Part shown: piece after piece, positions 1 through 8,292 of the stretch | How the letters are laid out: each line of letters opens with the position of its first letter | Numbering within the stretch: position 1 is the stretch's first letter | DNA from: Candidatus Eiseniibacteriota bacterium | Lineage (GTDB): Bacteria > Eisenbacteria > RBG-16-71-46 > CAZEPH01 | DNA: 10,468 nucleotides | Reading direction: 5' to 3' | Assembly: GCA_044229145.1 (NCBI GenBank) | Contig: JBGATO010000110.1 | Location: 1 to 10,468, forward strand | Made by a program: the position numbers and the translations under genes | Notes under the pieces: model-generated | Told to the model about the DNA's origin: nothing | Databases searched by the model: none | What the model saw: only the letters and a program-made list of their open reading frames with translations

Positions 1-1
1 C

Positions 2-2191
2 GTGCACGCCGCCCGCGCCGGCGCTGCGATCGTCGCGCCCCAGCAACGCCACCTGCGCGCGGCCACCGCGCGCCCCGCCTTCGAGCGCGAGTCCGGCATC
101 CCAGTCGACGATGCCGTCGCGCACGCGGCCATGACGTTCCTCGTTCGACAGGTGGACGAGCGGGCGGAGTGCGCCGCGTGTGCTTTCCCACACGACGGTA
201 TCGCGGCGACGGACGAGCGAGTCGCCCGCCGGCGCACGTTCCACCGCGTGCTCCCGGGCCACTCGCCAGGCGATGCCGCCGTTCCCGCCGACTCCGGCCG
301 ACCACAGGTGCACGGTCTGGCCGCCGGCGACGCGTACCGCGCTGGCGCTGCCGTCGAGCGCGAAGCCCGGCGCGGCGCGCCACTGCACGCGGGCGTCGCC
401 GCTGCGTGCCCCGCCGTCGCCGGCGCCCGGCGCGAGGCCCCATCGCGCCACCGACGCGGCATCGTCGCCGCGGCTGAGACCGTGGAAACGTGTGCCGCGA
501 TCGCGCGCGCTGAGTGCCACGTCGAGCACGCCGAGGCGCCGCCCGCCGGCGTGCAGCGCCATGCCCGACGTCCCGAGACTCGCAGTAGCCGCGCCGCCCC
601 AATTGTCGCCGTCGTCGCGCGCCGAGAGTGTGTTGCGGTCGTCATGCGACAACGCGCCGGTGAACGCCGCGCGCCACGCACCCGCGCGCAGGTCGCGCAC
701 CGTCCAGCCGGCGACATCGGTCGCCGCCGGCGCCGGCACGCGCCGCCCGACGACATACGAGCCGCCGCGTGGTCCGGCGTACTCGTAGTGCACCGCGGTC
801 GAGTCGCTCACCACCGCGTAGTCGCCGCGCCCGCTACCCACGAACAGGAAATCGACGAGGATGGCCCCACGCCCGCGTCCGGTGTAGCGGTAGCGCACCG
901 GCGACAGCGTATCCGCCGAGACGCGTTCGTAGTCGCCCTCTCCCGCACCCACTTCGTGCACGGCGAGTAACGATGCGGTGGCAGAGTCACCGGCGGTGGC
1001 GAGCGCCGCGCGGTCGGCCTCGCTCAGGCCGGCGAGCACGCCCCCGCCGTCCGCCTCGCGGATCCAGCTGACGTCGGAGCGCGCGCCCCGCCAGGCGGTC
1101 TGCCAGGACGCGGCGCGAAACACGCGCGAGAGATCGCGTTGCCCCACCTGCACGTCGAGCGTGATGCGGGCGCGCGCGGTGATCGGATGCCGGGTGCTGA
1201 ACGTCACGGTGCCGCGTCCGTCGTCCACGACGTAGTCGGCGGCTTCGCCGCGGCGCAGCAGCACGCCGTCGAGATAGACGCGCTCGCTGCCCGGCACCAC
1301 GTCGCTCGCGCTCGCGTCGCTGCCGAGGATGGCGTACGGCCCTTGCACGCCTTCCGTGCCGAAGAATTCGCGCGACACCCACCGGCCGCGGCTCTGTGCC
1401 AACTGTGCGCTCACGGCGGCGCTGCCGCGCTGGGTTTCGAACTTCGCGCCATTGAGGCGGCGTGCCGCGCCGGTGAAAGCGGCATCGTCCTGCACGTCGT
1501 AGTCGCCGAAGAGCAGTGAGGTCGAGGCGCCGCGCACGCTGAGCCACACGCGATCCAATTCACTGAGGCTGGTGCTGGCGCCTTCCGCGGTGAGCGGGAT
1601 GCTTTGATCGGAGAGCGCGCCCGTGAGCGTGACACCGGGCGCCAGCGTTCCGGACAGGGACAGGTCGAGGCTCTGGCGCAGCGTCGCGTCGCGGTTGGAG
1701 CCGAGATCGACGGCGATCGTCTTGGTGCCGCGGACGTCGAGGGTACCGCGCGAGGCGACACTGGTCGCGGCGTGGCCGATCGAATCGCCGGCGGCAGGCG
1801 GGGCGAGCGGCGGAGTGGCGAGTCCCGCCGCATCTGCCCGTGCGGGCCCGACTCCCCCTCGCGCGTATTCACGCTGAAGCGGGACCCAGACCGCCTCGTA
1901 GCGCACCCGCACGCGGCCTCCCAGCACGACGCGGAAGAGCTGCAATACCCCGTCGGTGGCGTCGAGCGTGTAATCGCGGCCACGCTGGAGTGTGTCGGCT
2001 CCCGCCCACACCGTCTCGCTGGCGCGCACGATCGCCCGGTCGGGGATGCGCACCGCCCCTACCGGCGGCACCAGCAACACGGTGTCGCGCCACGCCGTGC
2101 GCAGCGGTTCCGGCGCCGCCGCGGCGGAGGTCACGCCGGCGCACACCCCCGCGCTCACCGTCGCCAGGGCGACGGCGCTCCAACGCCTCAG
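2..2191 (-). CDS. Large exported, probably outer-membrane protein with SprA-like motifs (3' partial, runs off window start; start codon uncertain)
   Basis: Manual translation: the minus frame is open from the stop at 2258-2260 down to position 2, so the ORF track omits it. N-terminus from CTG 2191 is signal-peptide-like ([M]RRWSAVALATVSAGVCAGVTSAAAA). Motifs: LDVRGTKTIAVDLGSNRDATLRQSLDLSLSGTLAPGVTLTGALSDQSIP, SELDRVWL, LLFGDY, GTEGVQGPY, VVPGSERVYLDGVLLRRGEAADYVVDDGRGTVTF, ALSHDDRNTLSARDDGDNWG, then amphipathic beta-strand-like segments. The CDS is well supported; the SprA relationship is inferred. Confidence 0.8.
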   Translation of the reverse strand, partial: MRRWSAVALATVSAGVCAGVTSAAAAPEPLRTAWRDTVLLVPPVGAVRIPDRAIVRASETVWAGADTLQRGRDYTLDATDGVLQLFRVVLGGRVRVRYEAVWVPLQREYARGGVGPARADAAGLATPPLAPPAAGDSIGHAATSVASRGTLDVRGTKTIAVDLGSNRDATLRQSLDLSLSGTLAPGVTLTGALSDQSIPLTAEGASTSLSELDRVWLSVRGASTSLLFGDYDVQDDAAFTGAARRLNGAKFETQRGSAAVSAQLAQSRGRWVSREFFGTEGVQGPYAILGSDASASDVVPGSERVYLDGVLLRRGEAADYVVDDGRGTVTFSTRHPITARARITLDVQVGQRDLSRVFRAASWQTAWRGARSDVSWIREADGGGVLAGLSEADRAALATAGDSATASLLAVHEVGAGEGDYERVSADTLSPVRYRYTGRGRGAILVDFLFVGSGRGDYAVVSDSTAVHYEYAGPRGGSYVVGRRVPAPAATDVAGWTVRDLRAGAWRAAFTGALSHDDRNTLSARDDGDNWGGAATASLGTSGMALHAGGRRLGVLDVALSARDRGTRFHGLSRGDDAASVARWGLAPGAGDGGARSGDARVQWRAAPGFALDGSASAVRVAGGQTVHLWSAGVGGNGGIAWRVAREHAVERAPAGDSLVRRRDTVVWESTRGALRPLVHLSNEERHGRVRDGIVDWDAGLALEGGARGGRAQVALLGRDDRSAGAGGVH

Positions 2192-2204
2192 GCGGCCGCG
2201 GGCC

Positions 2205-3263
2205 TCAACGCGCTCGAACCAGGTCGTACACCACCACGCGGTCGTGGCCGGTGTCGGTCACGAACACGCGGCCTTGCGCGTCCACCGCCACGTCGGCCGG
2301 ACTATCGAGACGCGGGTCGGCCCCCTCGCCTCCGAGCGTGAACGCCACCGACCCGTCGGGCGCAATCGCGAGGACGCGATTGCCGGCGGGATCGGCCACC
2401 AAGAGCAGTCCCGAACGGTCACGCACCATGCCGCGCGGCGTGGCCGGGGTCGCCGGCGTGCCGCTCGGCACGAGCGGCAGAACGCGCTGCACGACACCGA
2501 GCGTCGAATACACCACGAGGCGGCCATTGCCGCTGTCCGCCACGATCACTTCGCCGCTCTCGCTCGCCACGATGCCGCGCGGATCGAGCAGCGCACCATC
2601 ACCGGCGCCAGCGCCGCCGAAACTCGTGCGATAGTCGAAGAAGTTGTTGAACAGCAGCACGCGATTGCGCTCGCGGTCGGCGATGAAGACGTTGCCGTCG
2701 CGATCCACCGTCATGCCGCGCGGCCGCACTACACCGACCTGGCTGCGCACGCGCTGGCTGTCGAGATCGAGCGCCACGCCATTGAGATTGCCCGAGAGGT
2801 CGTACTTCACCAGTCGCTCGTTGAGCGCGTCGAGCACGTACAGCCACAAACCCTGCTGCGCGTACAGAGCGATCGGATAGTTGAACTGCCCGGCCGCTTG
2901 GCCGAGGCTGCCGAACTGCGTCAGATAACCGCCGGTGCGATCGAACTTCTGCACGCGGTTGTTCAGCCGTTCGGCCACGAACACATTGCCCTGCAAGTCG
3001 ACGGTCACGGCTTCGGGCGACCGGAATTGGCCGATGCGTTCGCCGGTTTCGCCGAAGGTGGTGACGTAGCGCGCCCCGGTGGGCAGACGGTACGGGTCGC
3101 CGCTGGCCGGATGCGGCTGCGGGTCGCCCGTCTTGGCGCCGGGGTCGGCGGCCGGCGGCGGCACCGCCGCCCCCCCGCCCGCGCAGCCCGCCAGCGAGAC
3201 CGCGAGCAGCGCCGTGGCGCACACCATCGCGATATTCCGCTCAGAAACGCGTCTGGACGCCAC
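2205..3263 (-). CDS. NHL-repeat six-bladed beta-propeller lipoprotein (352 aa)
   Basis: GTG start with GGGAGG 7 nt upstream; lipobox LAGC (Cys27); Pro/Ala-rich tether; six NHL-type repeats (FRSPEAVTVD, FNYPIAL, VRPRGMTVD, LDPRGIVAS, ATPRGMVRD, DSPADVAVD), most followed by V/IAD..N.RV-type motifs. Confidence 0.92.
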   Translation of the reverse strand: MASRRVSERNIAMVCATALLAVSLAGCAGGGAAVPPPAADPGAKTGDPQPHPASGDPYRLPTGARYVTTFGETGERIGQFRSPEAVTVDLQGNVFVAERLNNRVQKFDRTGGYLTQFGSLGQAAGQFNYPIALYAQQGLWLYVLDALNERLVKYDLSGNLNGVALDLDSQRVRSQVGVVRPRGMTVDRDGNVFIADRERNRVLLFNNFFDYRTSFGGAGAGDGALLDPRGIVASESGEVIVADSGNGRLVVYSTLGVVQRVLPLVPSGTPATPATPRGMVRDRSGLLLVADPAGNRVLAIAPDGSVAFTLGGEGADPRLDSPADVAVDAQGRVFVTDTGHDRVVVYDLVRAR

Positions 3264-4047
3264 AGGTCATCCTCCCGTCGGGGGTCGCGGAGAAGGCGAA
3301 ATCGGTCACGCGCTCATCCGCGCGACGTGACGCTGCGCCCGGCGCCCGGCGCGTACGCGTGAGATCGAGCACCGCGAAGAGACGATTGACTACCAGGCCG
3401 CCGATCGCCAGCGAGGCGCGCCGCGCCGCATCGTGCTGTCCGCGCCGCGCGTTGGTGTATCGCAGATAGTGCTCGTAGGTGTCCCACTCCCACGTCTCGT
3501 TGCCGAAGTAGCCGTGTTGTTGCACGTAGTCGTCGATGAACGCCTCGCGCGCCGAGTCCGGTTGCGCGCTCTGGCTCTCGAACACCGCGCGCGCCTCGCG
3601 CCGCAAGTAGATGTTGTAGATGTCGCTGCTCGAGTACGAGCCGACATCGCGATAGAACGTCGCGCTGTGCGTACCGTCGCTCACCAGTGCGTACGCGCGC
3701 GCCACCTCGCGATAGGTCTGGCCGCGCAGGTGCGACTGCACCTCGGACACCGCGAGCGTCGTCCACAGCGCGCCGTCGATGCCGAGGAACACCCAGCCGC
3801 GCGTGCGGTGGCCTTCGTGCATTTGTCCGAGCCCCGGCAGCAACAGCGACAGGCCCATGCCGGCCCCGTGTCCCGCGAACGGATTCAAGCGCGGCGTCTG
3901 CGGATCGGCGGCGGCGCGGGCCGCGAGTTCTTCGCCGCTCGGCACGGGTAGCGCGAGCGTCGACGGCGGCAGCACGCTGCCCGCCATCGCCCGGCTCGCC
4001 AGGCACACCGTCAGGGTGCCGATTGCCATGAGGCGCGAGACTGTCAT
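3241..4047 (-). CDS. Uncharacterised exported/membrane protein, DUF5683/TM2-like PGxGQ motif (268 aa), paralog B
   Basis: ATG 4047 preceded by GGGAGA; signal peptide MTVSRLMAIGTLTVCLASRAMA; motif LSLLLPGLGQMHEGHRTRGWVFLGID; WEWD; LAIGGLVVNRLFAVLD; C-terminal Phe (GVQTRF). Overlaps the NHL gene by 23 nt. Confidence 0.85.
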   Translation of the reverse strand: MTVSRLMAIGTLTVCLASRAMAGSVLPPSTLALPVPSGEELAARAAADPQTPRLNPFAGHGAGMGLSLLLPGLGQMHEGHRTRGWVFLGIDGALWTTLAVSEVQSHLRGQTYREVARAYALVSDGTHSATFYRDVGSYSSSDIYNIYLRREARAVFESQSAQPDSAREAFIDDYVQQHGYFGNETWEWDTYEHYLRYTNARRGQHDAARRASLAIGGLVVNRLFAVLDLTRTRRAPGAASRRADERVTDFAFSATPDGRMTCGVQTRF

Positions 4048-4051
4048 GCGG

Positions 4052-4864
4052 CTATCTCCCGAACGCATAGGTCACCGCCGCGTGGCCGTGCGGTCCGGCA
4101 GGGGCCCACGGATCGAACGCGTAGTCGACGCGCCAGGCCTTGGGCGCCGGCGCCGCCGACATGCGCATCGTCTTGGTCGCGTGCACCGCGTCGATCAAGC
4201 TGATGACGTGGTTCACCACCACCACCGCGGTGGCGTACCGCGACAGGCGGAGGAAGCGGTTGGATTGATCGCGCAGGTCGAGGTAGTGCGCGAGTGCGTC
4301 GGTGCTCGTCCACCCGCGTGCGTAGCGGCTGTCGGTGATCGACTCGTAGAAGCGCGTGCGATCCGACGACCACTGGCGCAGCAGGTCGTTGTAGTCGGTG
4401 CTGTCGCAGTCGCTGGCGGTCGGGCAATAGCGGTCGAACTGCCAGTGATCGGTGTCGGAGAGCGCGCTGCCCTGCGCGTTGCCGACGTAGTCGCGATACT
4501 GCCCCTGCTTGTCGGTGCCGCTCTTGTGCAGCGACGCGTAGGACAGCCACCCGAGCACCTCGACGCCGAGTTGCACGTACCCATGGCGCTTGCCGAGATA
4601 GAGCTGCCCGGAGCCCGGCACGCCCGCCGCGAGCAGCACCGCCAAGCCGGGCGATTTCTTCCCGGGCTCGCCGGGTGCCTGCGCCGCGCGCACCGAGTCG
4701 ATGCCGCTCTGCCAGGACGGATCGAGCGCCCGCTGCGCCAGCTCGCGCGGCGCCGGCATCGGCACAGCCAGCCTGTCGTGCCCCGCGAGTGGCGCGGCAT
4801 CCCCGACGCCGTGCGCGCCCAGGCACACCACGCTCACCGCGACGACCAGCAGCTTTCGCATCAT
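4052..4864 (-). CDS. Uncharacterised exported/membrane protein, DUF5683/TM2-like PGxGQ motif (~270 aa), paralog A
   Basis: C-terminal part of track ORF 4052..6307. ATGATG (4864/4861) follows GGGGAGCGGGAGGG; signal peptide MMRKLLVVAVSVVCLGAHG; motif KSPGLAVLLAAGVPGSGQLYLGKRHGYVQLGVE; VVVVNHVISLIDA; ends HAAVTYAFGR. Alternative in-frame starts at 4888 (ATG) and 4897 (GTG overlapping the upstream stop). Confidence 0.85.
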   Translation of the reverse strand: MMRKLLVVAVSVVCLGAHGVGDAAPLAGHDRLAVPMPAPRELAQRALDPSWQSGIDSVRAAQAPGEPGKKSPGLAVLLAAGVPGSGQLYLGKRHGYVQLGVEVLGWLSYASLHKSGTDKQGQYRDYVGNAQGSALSDTDHWQFDRYCPTASDCDSTDYNDLLRQWSSDRTRFYESITDSRYARGWTSTDALAHYLDLRDQSNRFLRLSRYATAVVVVNHVISLIDAVHATKTMRMSAAPAPKAWRVDYAFDPWAPAGPHGHAAVTYAFGR

Positions 4865-4893
4865 CCCTCCCGCTCCCCGCGGTCGCATCCCGC

Positions 4894-7800
4894 TCACGGC
4901 GCCACCGCCCAGTGTTGCACGTAGCTCTTGGTCGCGCCGCCGCCGCGCACGCGCACCACGCACAGATACGCGCCCGGCGCGAGCGCCGCCGGTGACCACA
5001 CGGCCGCATTCTCGCCGGCGTCGTGCGGACCCGCCACGCGCGCGATGCGCTTCCCCGCGATGTCGAACATGTCGATCTGCACGTCGTCGGCGCCGTCGGG
5101 CAGCAGGTAACCGATCCGCAGGTCCCCACCGACGTGCAGGCGCCACGGATTCGGCGCGATGTACAGATCCTCGAGCGCGCTCGAATGCGCGCGCGGCGGC
5201 TGCACGTCGGCGGTCCGGATCACCAGCGTTGCCGGCCGCGAGCCGGTACGCGCGGGATTGCCGCCCTCCATGGTCCACCATCGTGCTGCGCCACACTCCG
5301 CGGCGCTGGTGCACGCGGACAGGCCGGTGGACAGTGCGTACAACACGCCATCGTTGGCGGGCAGCAAGATGTCGACGATGCCATCGCCGTCGAGATCGGC
5401 GAGCGCGGGCGTTGCCGCGATGCCGTACGTGACGCCGAGAGGCCAGCCGTCCGGCACATCGTCGGCGCGCACCGTGCGCGCCCCCGGCGTGCCGGCGCGC
5501 GGCACGAGATTGCCGCTGCCCAACCCGAGCAGTGCCCACGATCCGGCCCCGGGGCGCGGCACGAGCAGAGGCGACGCCACGGTGTACCCGCCGTCGCCAA
5601 AACTCACGTCCGCGTCGCGCGGCCACAACCGCTTGGGCGATCCACCCATCGTCCACGCCATCACGGTGCCGTGCATACCAGCCGCGATGACCGACGGCGT
5701 GGTGGTGTCGTCGAGCAGCGCGACCAGCGGCGTGCCGAGCAGCGAATCGCCAAGCGCGCGCGGCCAGCCGGCCTGCACCGCACCGGAGGTCGAGGTCACC
5801 CAGATATTCCCGTGACGATCGCCGAGGACGAATCCTCGCACCTCGCCAAACGCCACGTCCTGCCACACCGAGATCGAGGTGTCCCAATCGGTGGCATCCG
5901 TGACGTGTGCCATGACCGGCTGCTGCGCGCCCGTGGCATCGGGCAGGACGATCAGCGTGCCGTTGCGGGCCGTGGTCACGATGTCCACGTACTGCGGCGA
6001 CTGGGCAAAGTTGGCGTCGGCGTACAACGTGACGCTGCGTGGCGTCGCGGAGATCGGCGCGCCCGCGCTCGGCGTCAGCGCGGTGATCGTGCCGTCGAGC
6101 GACAGCTTGTACACGCGCCCGTCGCGGCCGCCGATCACGATATCGCGTCCGATGAACGACGGCGCAGTGCTGAACGCCGGCAACTCGCCGAACGGCTCGA
6201 CGTAGTTGCCGCGCGTGTCGAACAGATTCAGTCGCCCGTTGCGCGTGGTGGCCGCGAAGATCGGCTGGCGCGCACCGCCCGTGCCGGCAAGCGCGGAGTC
6301 GGCCCACGCGAGCTCGGGCAGGAACTCGGTGCCGTCGTCGGACGAGGCAAAGTAATCCTGCGTGCGCGACTTGCGCCGCGGGTTGCCCTGGTGATCGAAC
6401 ACGTAGAGGAAGCCTTCCGACACCATCGCCACGTACGTGCCACCGTCGCCAAGGAACGGTCCGACGATGGGCGATCCCATGGCGATCGAATCGACGGCCG
6501 CCGACGACGGCCAGCCCGGCACCAGGCGATCGGAGCGCGCCGACACCGCCATCTTGGGCCCGCGCGGCGAAGTCACGCGGATGCTGACGTGCGACACCGC
6601 GCCGGTGTTGAGATTCGAACTCGGCACCGTGTGCGCGGTCAGCGAGTCCCCATTCCCCGCCCAGTACGGATCGTTTGGGCTGCCGACCGTGTACGGATAC
6701 ACGCTAGTGTCGCCGAGATCGTAGGTGCCGTCCGCCTCCATGAGTCCGACCGCGGGACGCGCGTAGTCGTCATTGAGGCTGTAGCCGAGCGAGTAGAGCT
6801 GCGCCGCGCGCTCATCGTCGATGTGCCAGACCAACACCCCGGAGCCGGGCAGCAGCGCGTCGTACTCGGCGAGCGGCGGCGCGTCCTTGGCGCGTGACGC
6901 CTTCGGCCCGAGGACCACGTGCGTGAGCGAATCGGTCTCGACGAAGATGGAGTCGTCGCCGTTGATGTCGGTTTGCCGATTCTCGAGCAGGAAGTACTCG
7001 GTGGCGCTGATCGGCACTTCCTCGATCCACGGCTTGGTCTCGATCGACGGCAGGGTGTCGCTCATCGACACGTTGAAGCCGCCGCGCAGGAACGTGCGTC
7101 CCCACAACACCGCCTTCGACCACGCATCCAGACTCGGCGGGATCAGTCCGCTCACGTAGATCAGATTGCCGTGCCGGTCGGTGGTCGGACCGGCGACCAG
7201 ATTGCCGCTGTCCATCAGACTCCAGAGTCCGATGACCGGCAGGCCATAGAGCGTGTTGTAGAGGTCGGGCAGACCCATCTGGTGGCCGGTCTCGTGCGCG
7301 AGGACGCCATTGAGCGCGTTCCACTCGCCGTCCTGATTGGGGCTCTCGGGGACGACGGTGGCGGCATCGACGAAGTGGCGCCCATCGCCGACCTGGACGG
7401 TGTCGTCGAGCGTCAGGAAGAACGACGGCAGATCGCGCGGCGAATCGCCGCGGATGTCGCTCTGCAGGTCGGGGCCGGCGTGGAAGATCATCACGCGCAC
7501 GCTGCCGTCGGGCAATGCGAAGTCGTCCCACGGGATGTCTGGGTCGTGGGCGGCGGCCTTGATGGCGTCGCGCACGAACTGCTTCGCGGTGCTGTACACG
7601 TCGGCGCCGCTGAACAGGAACCACGGTCCGTACTGGCCGTTGTCGCGCAGGTGGTAGGCGGAGTCGGACGCCGCGGGGAACACGATGGTGCGCACGCCTG
7701 CCAAGCCGTGCGACTGCGCGAGGTAGTAGCGATCGAGCGCCGCCAGGTGCGCCTCGAAATACGCCTTGTTGTGCGGTGGCGGATCGATGGGCACATCCAC

Positions 7801-8268
7801 CGTGTCGCCGTGGCTATCGACGTACGGCCGCAGGTCGAACTTGCCGTCCGTGGTGGAGGTCAGCGAGCCCAGCGAGTCGCCCTGAAAATCGACGCGAATG
7901 CAGACGATCGGCAGCCTGTCCGGCCCGGCGGTCGCTTCGGGTCCGGCGGCGCGCATGGCGTTCAGCGTCCATGCCGGGCCGTTGCGGCGTGCGCCACGCC
8001 CACTCGGCGGCCGGAGTTCGTCGGGAAAATGCTTTCGCGAGGGTGCCCCGAAGCGGGTGCCGGCGATGCGCGCCTCGGTGGCCAATGCACGTGCGCCCGC
8101 CGGGGAATCGCGCCAGGCCGCGCCCACCGGCCGTGCGACCGCGATCGTGGGCCCACCGCCCGGCGTGCGCGGTGTCTCGGTACCCCACGCCCCGGTTACC
8201 ATCTCCGCGATCGCAAGCAGCCCGACTCCCACCGCTCGCCGCATCCACCCCCGCACTCCACTCACCAC
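4894..8268 (-). CDS. Secreted M6 (immune inhibitor A)-type zinc metalloprotease with FG-GAP/PQQ-like beta-propeller and T9SS-type C-terminal sorting domain (~1124 aa)
   Basis: GTG 8268 lies 7 nt after AGGAG (alternative ATG 8244). M6 hallmarks: MIFHAG, zinc motif HETGHQMGLPD (HExxHxxGxxD, 7264-7296), Met-turn WSLMDSG, EYFLLENRQ, GVLVWHIDD, LMEADG. Propeller repeats: GWP, SPIVGPFLGDG, TPALADLDGDGIVDIL. C-terminal LYIAPNP...IDMFDIAGKRI...W...LAPGAYLCVVRV resembles the Por secretion tail. Confidence 0.9.
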   Translation of the reverse strand: MVSGVRGWMRRAVGVGLLAIAEMVTGAWGTETPRTPGGGPTIAVARPVGAAWRDSPAGARALATEARIAGTRFGAPSRKHFPDELRPPSGRGARRNGPAWTLNAMRAAGPEATAGPDRLPIVCIRVDFQGDSLGSLTSTTDGKFDLRPYVDSHGDTVDVPIDPPPHNKAYFEAHLAALDRYYLAQSHGLAGVRTIVFPAASDSAYHLRDNGQYGPWFLFSGADVYSTAKQFVRDAIKAAAHDPDIPWDDFALPDGSVRVMIFHAGPDLQSDIRGDSPRDLPSFFLTLDDTVQVGDGRHFVDAATVVPESPNQDGEWNALNGVLAHETGHQMGLPDLYNTLYGLPVIGLWSLMDSGNLVAGPTTDRHGNLIYVSGLIPPSLDAWSKAVLWGRTFLRGGFNVSMSDTLPSIETKPWIEEVPISATEYFLLENRQTDINGDDSIFVETDSLTHVVLGPKASRAKDAPPLAEYDALLPGSGVLVWHIDDERAAQLYSLGYSLNDDYARPAVGLMEADGTYDLGDTSVYPYTVGSPNDPYWAGNGDSLTAHTVPSSNLNTGAVSHVSIRVTSPRGPKMAVSARSDRLVPGWPSSAAVDSIAMGSPIVGPFLGDGGTYVAMVSEGFLYVFDHQGNPRRKSRTQDYFASSDDGTEFLPELAWADSALAGTGGARQPIFAATTRNGRLNLFDTRGNYVEPFGELPAFSTAPSFIGRDIVIGGRDGRVYKLSLDGTITALTPSAGAPISATPRSVTLYADANFAQSPQYVDIVTTARNGTLIVLPDATGAQQPVMAHVTDATDWDTSISVWQDVAFGEVRGFVLGDRHGNIWVTSTSGAVQAGWPRALGDSLLGTPLVALLDDTTTPSVIAAGMHGTVMAWTMGGSPKRLWPRDADVSFGDGGYTVASPLLVPRPGAGSWALLGLGSGNLVPRAGTPGARTVRADDVPDGWPLGVTYGIAATPALADLDGDGIVDILLPANDGVLYALSTGLSACTSAAECGAARWWTMEGGNPARTGSRPATLVIRTADVQPPRAHSSALEDLYIAPNPWRLHVGGDLRIGYLLPDGADDVQIDMFDIAGKRIARVAGPHDAGENAAVWSPAALAPGAYLCVVRVRGGGATKSYVQHWAVAP

Positions 8269-8275
8269 CAGGTGT

Positions 8276-8280
8276 CTCCT
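8276..8280 (-). promoter_or_regulatory. Shine-Dalgarno AGGAG for the protease gene
   Basis: Minus strand reads ctAGGAGacacctgGTG, 7-nt spacing to GTG 8268. Confidence 0.7.
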
Positions 8281-8292
8281 AGCCCGCCGCTG

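Noticed and set aside
2..970. 322-aa plus-strand ORF (also 1139..1519 and 1604..2341)
   Set aside because: Codon-aligned antisense shadows of the minus-strand gene; Arg/Ala/His-rich with no recognisable motifs.
4898..6307. N-terminal extension making ORF 4052..6307 751 aa long
   Set aside because: Overlaps the protease in another frame and is Arg-rich nonsense; the signal peptide and ribosome-binding site place the start near 4864.
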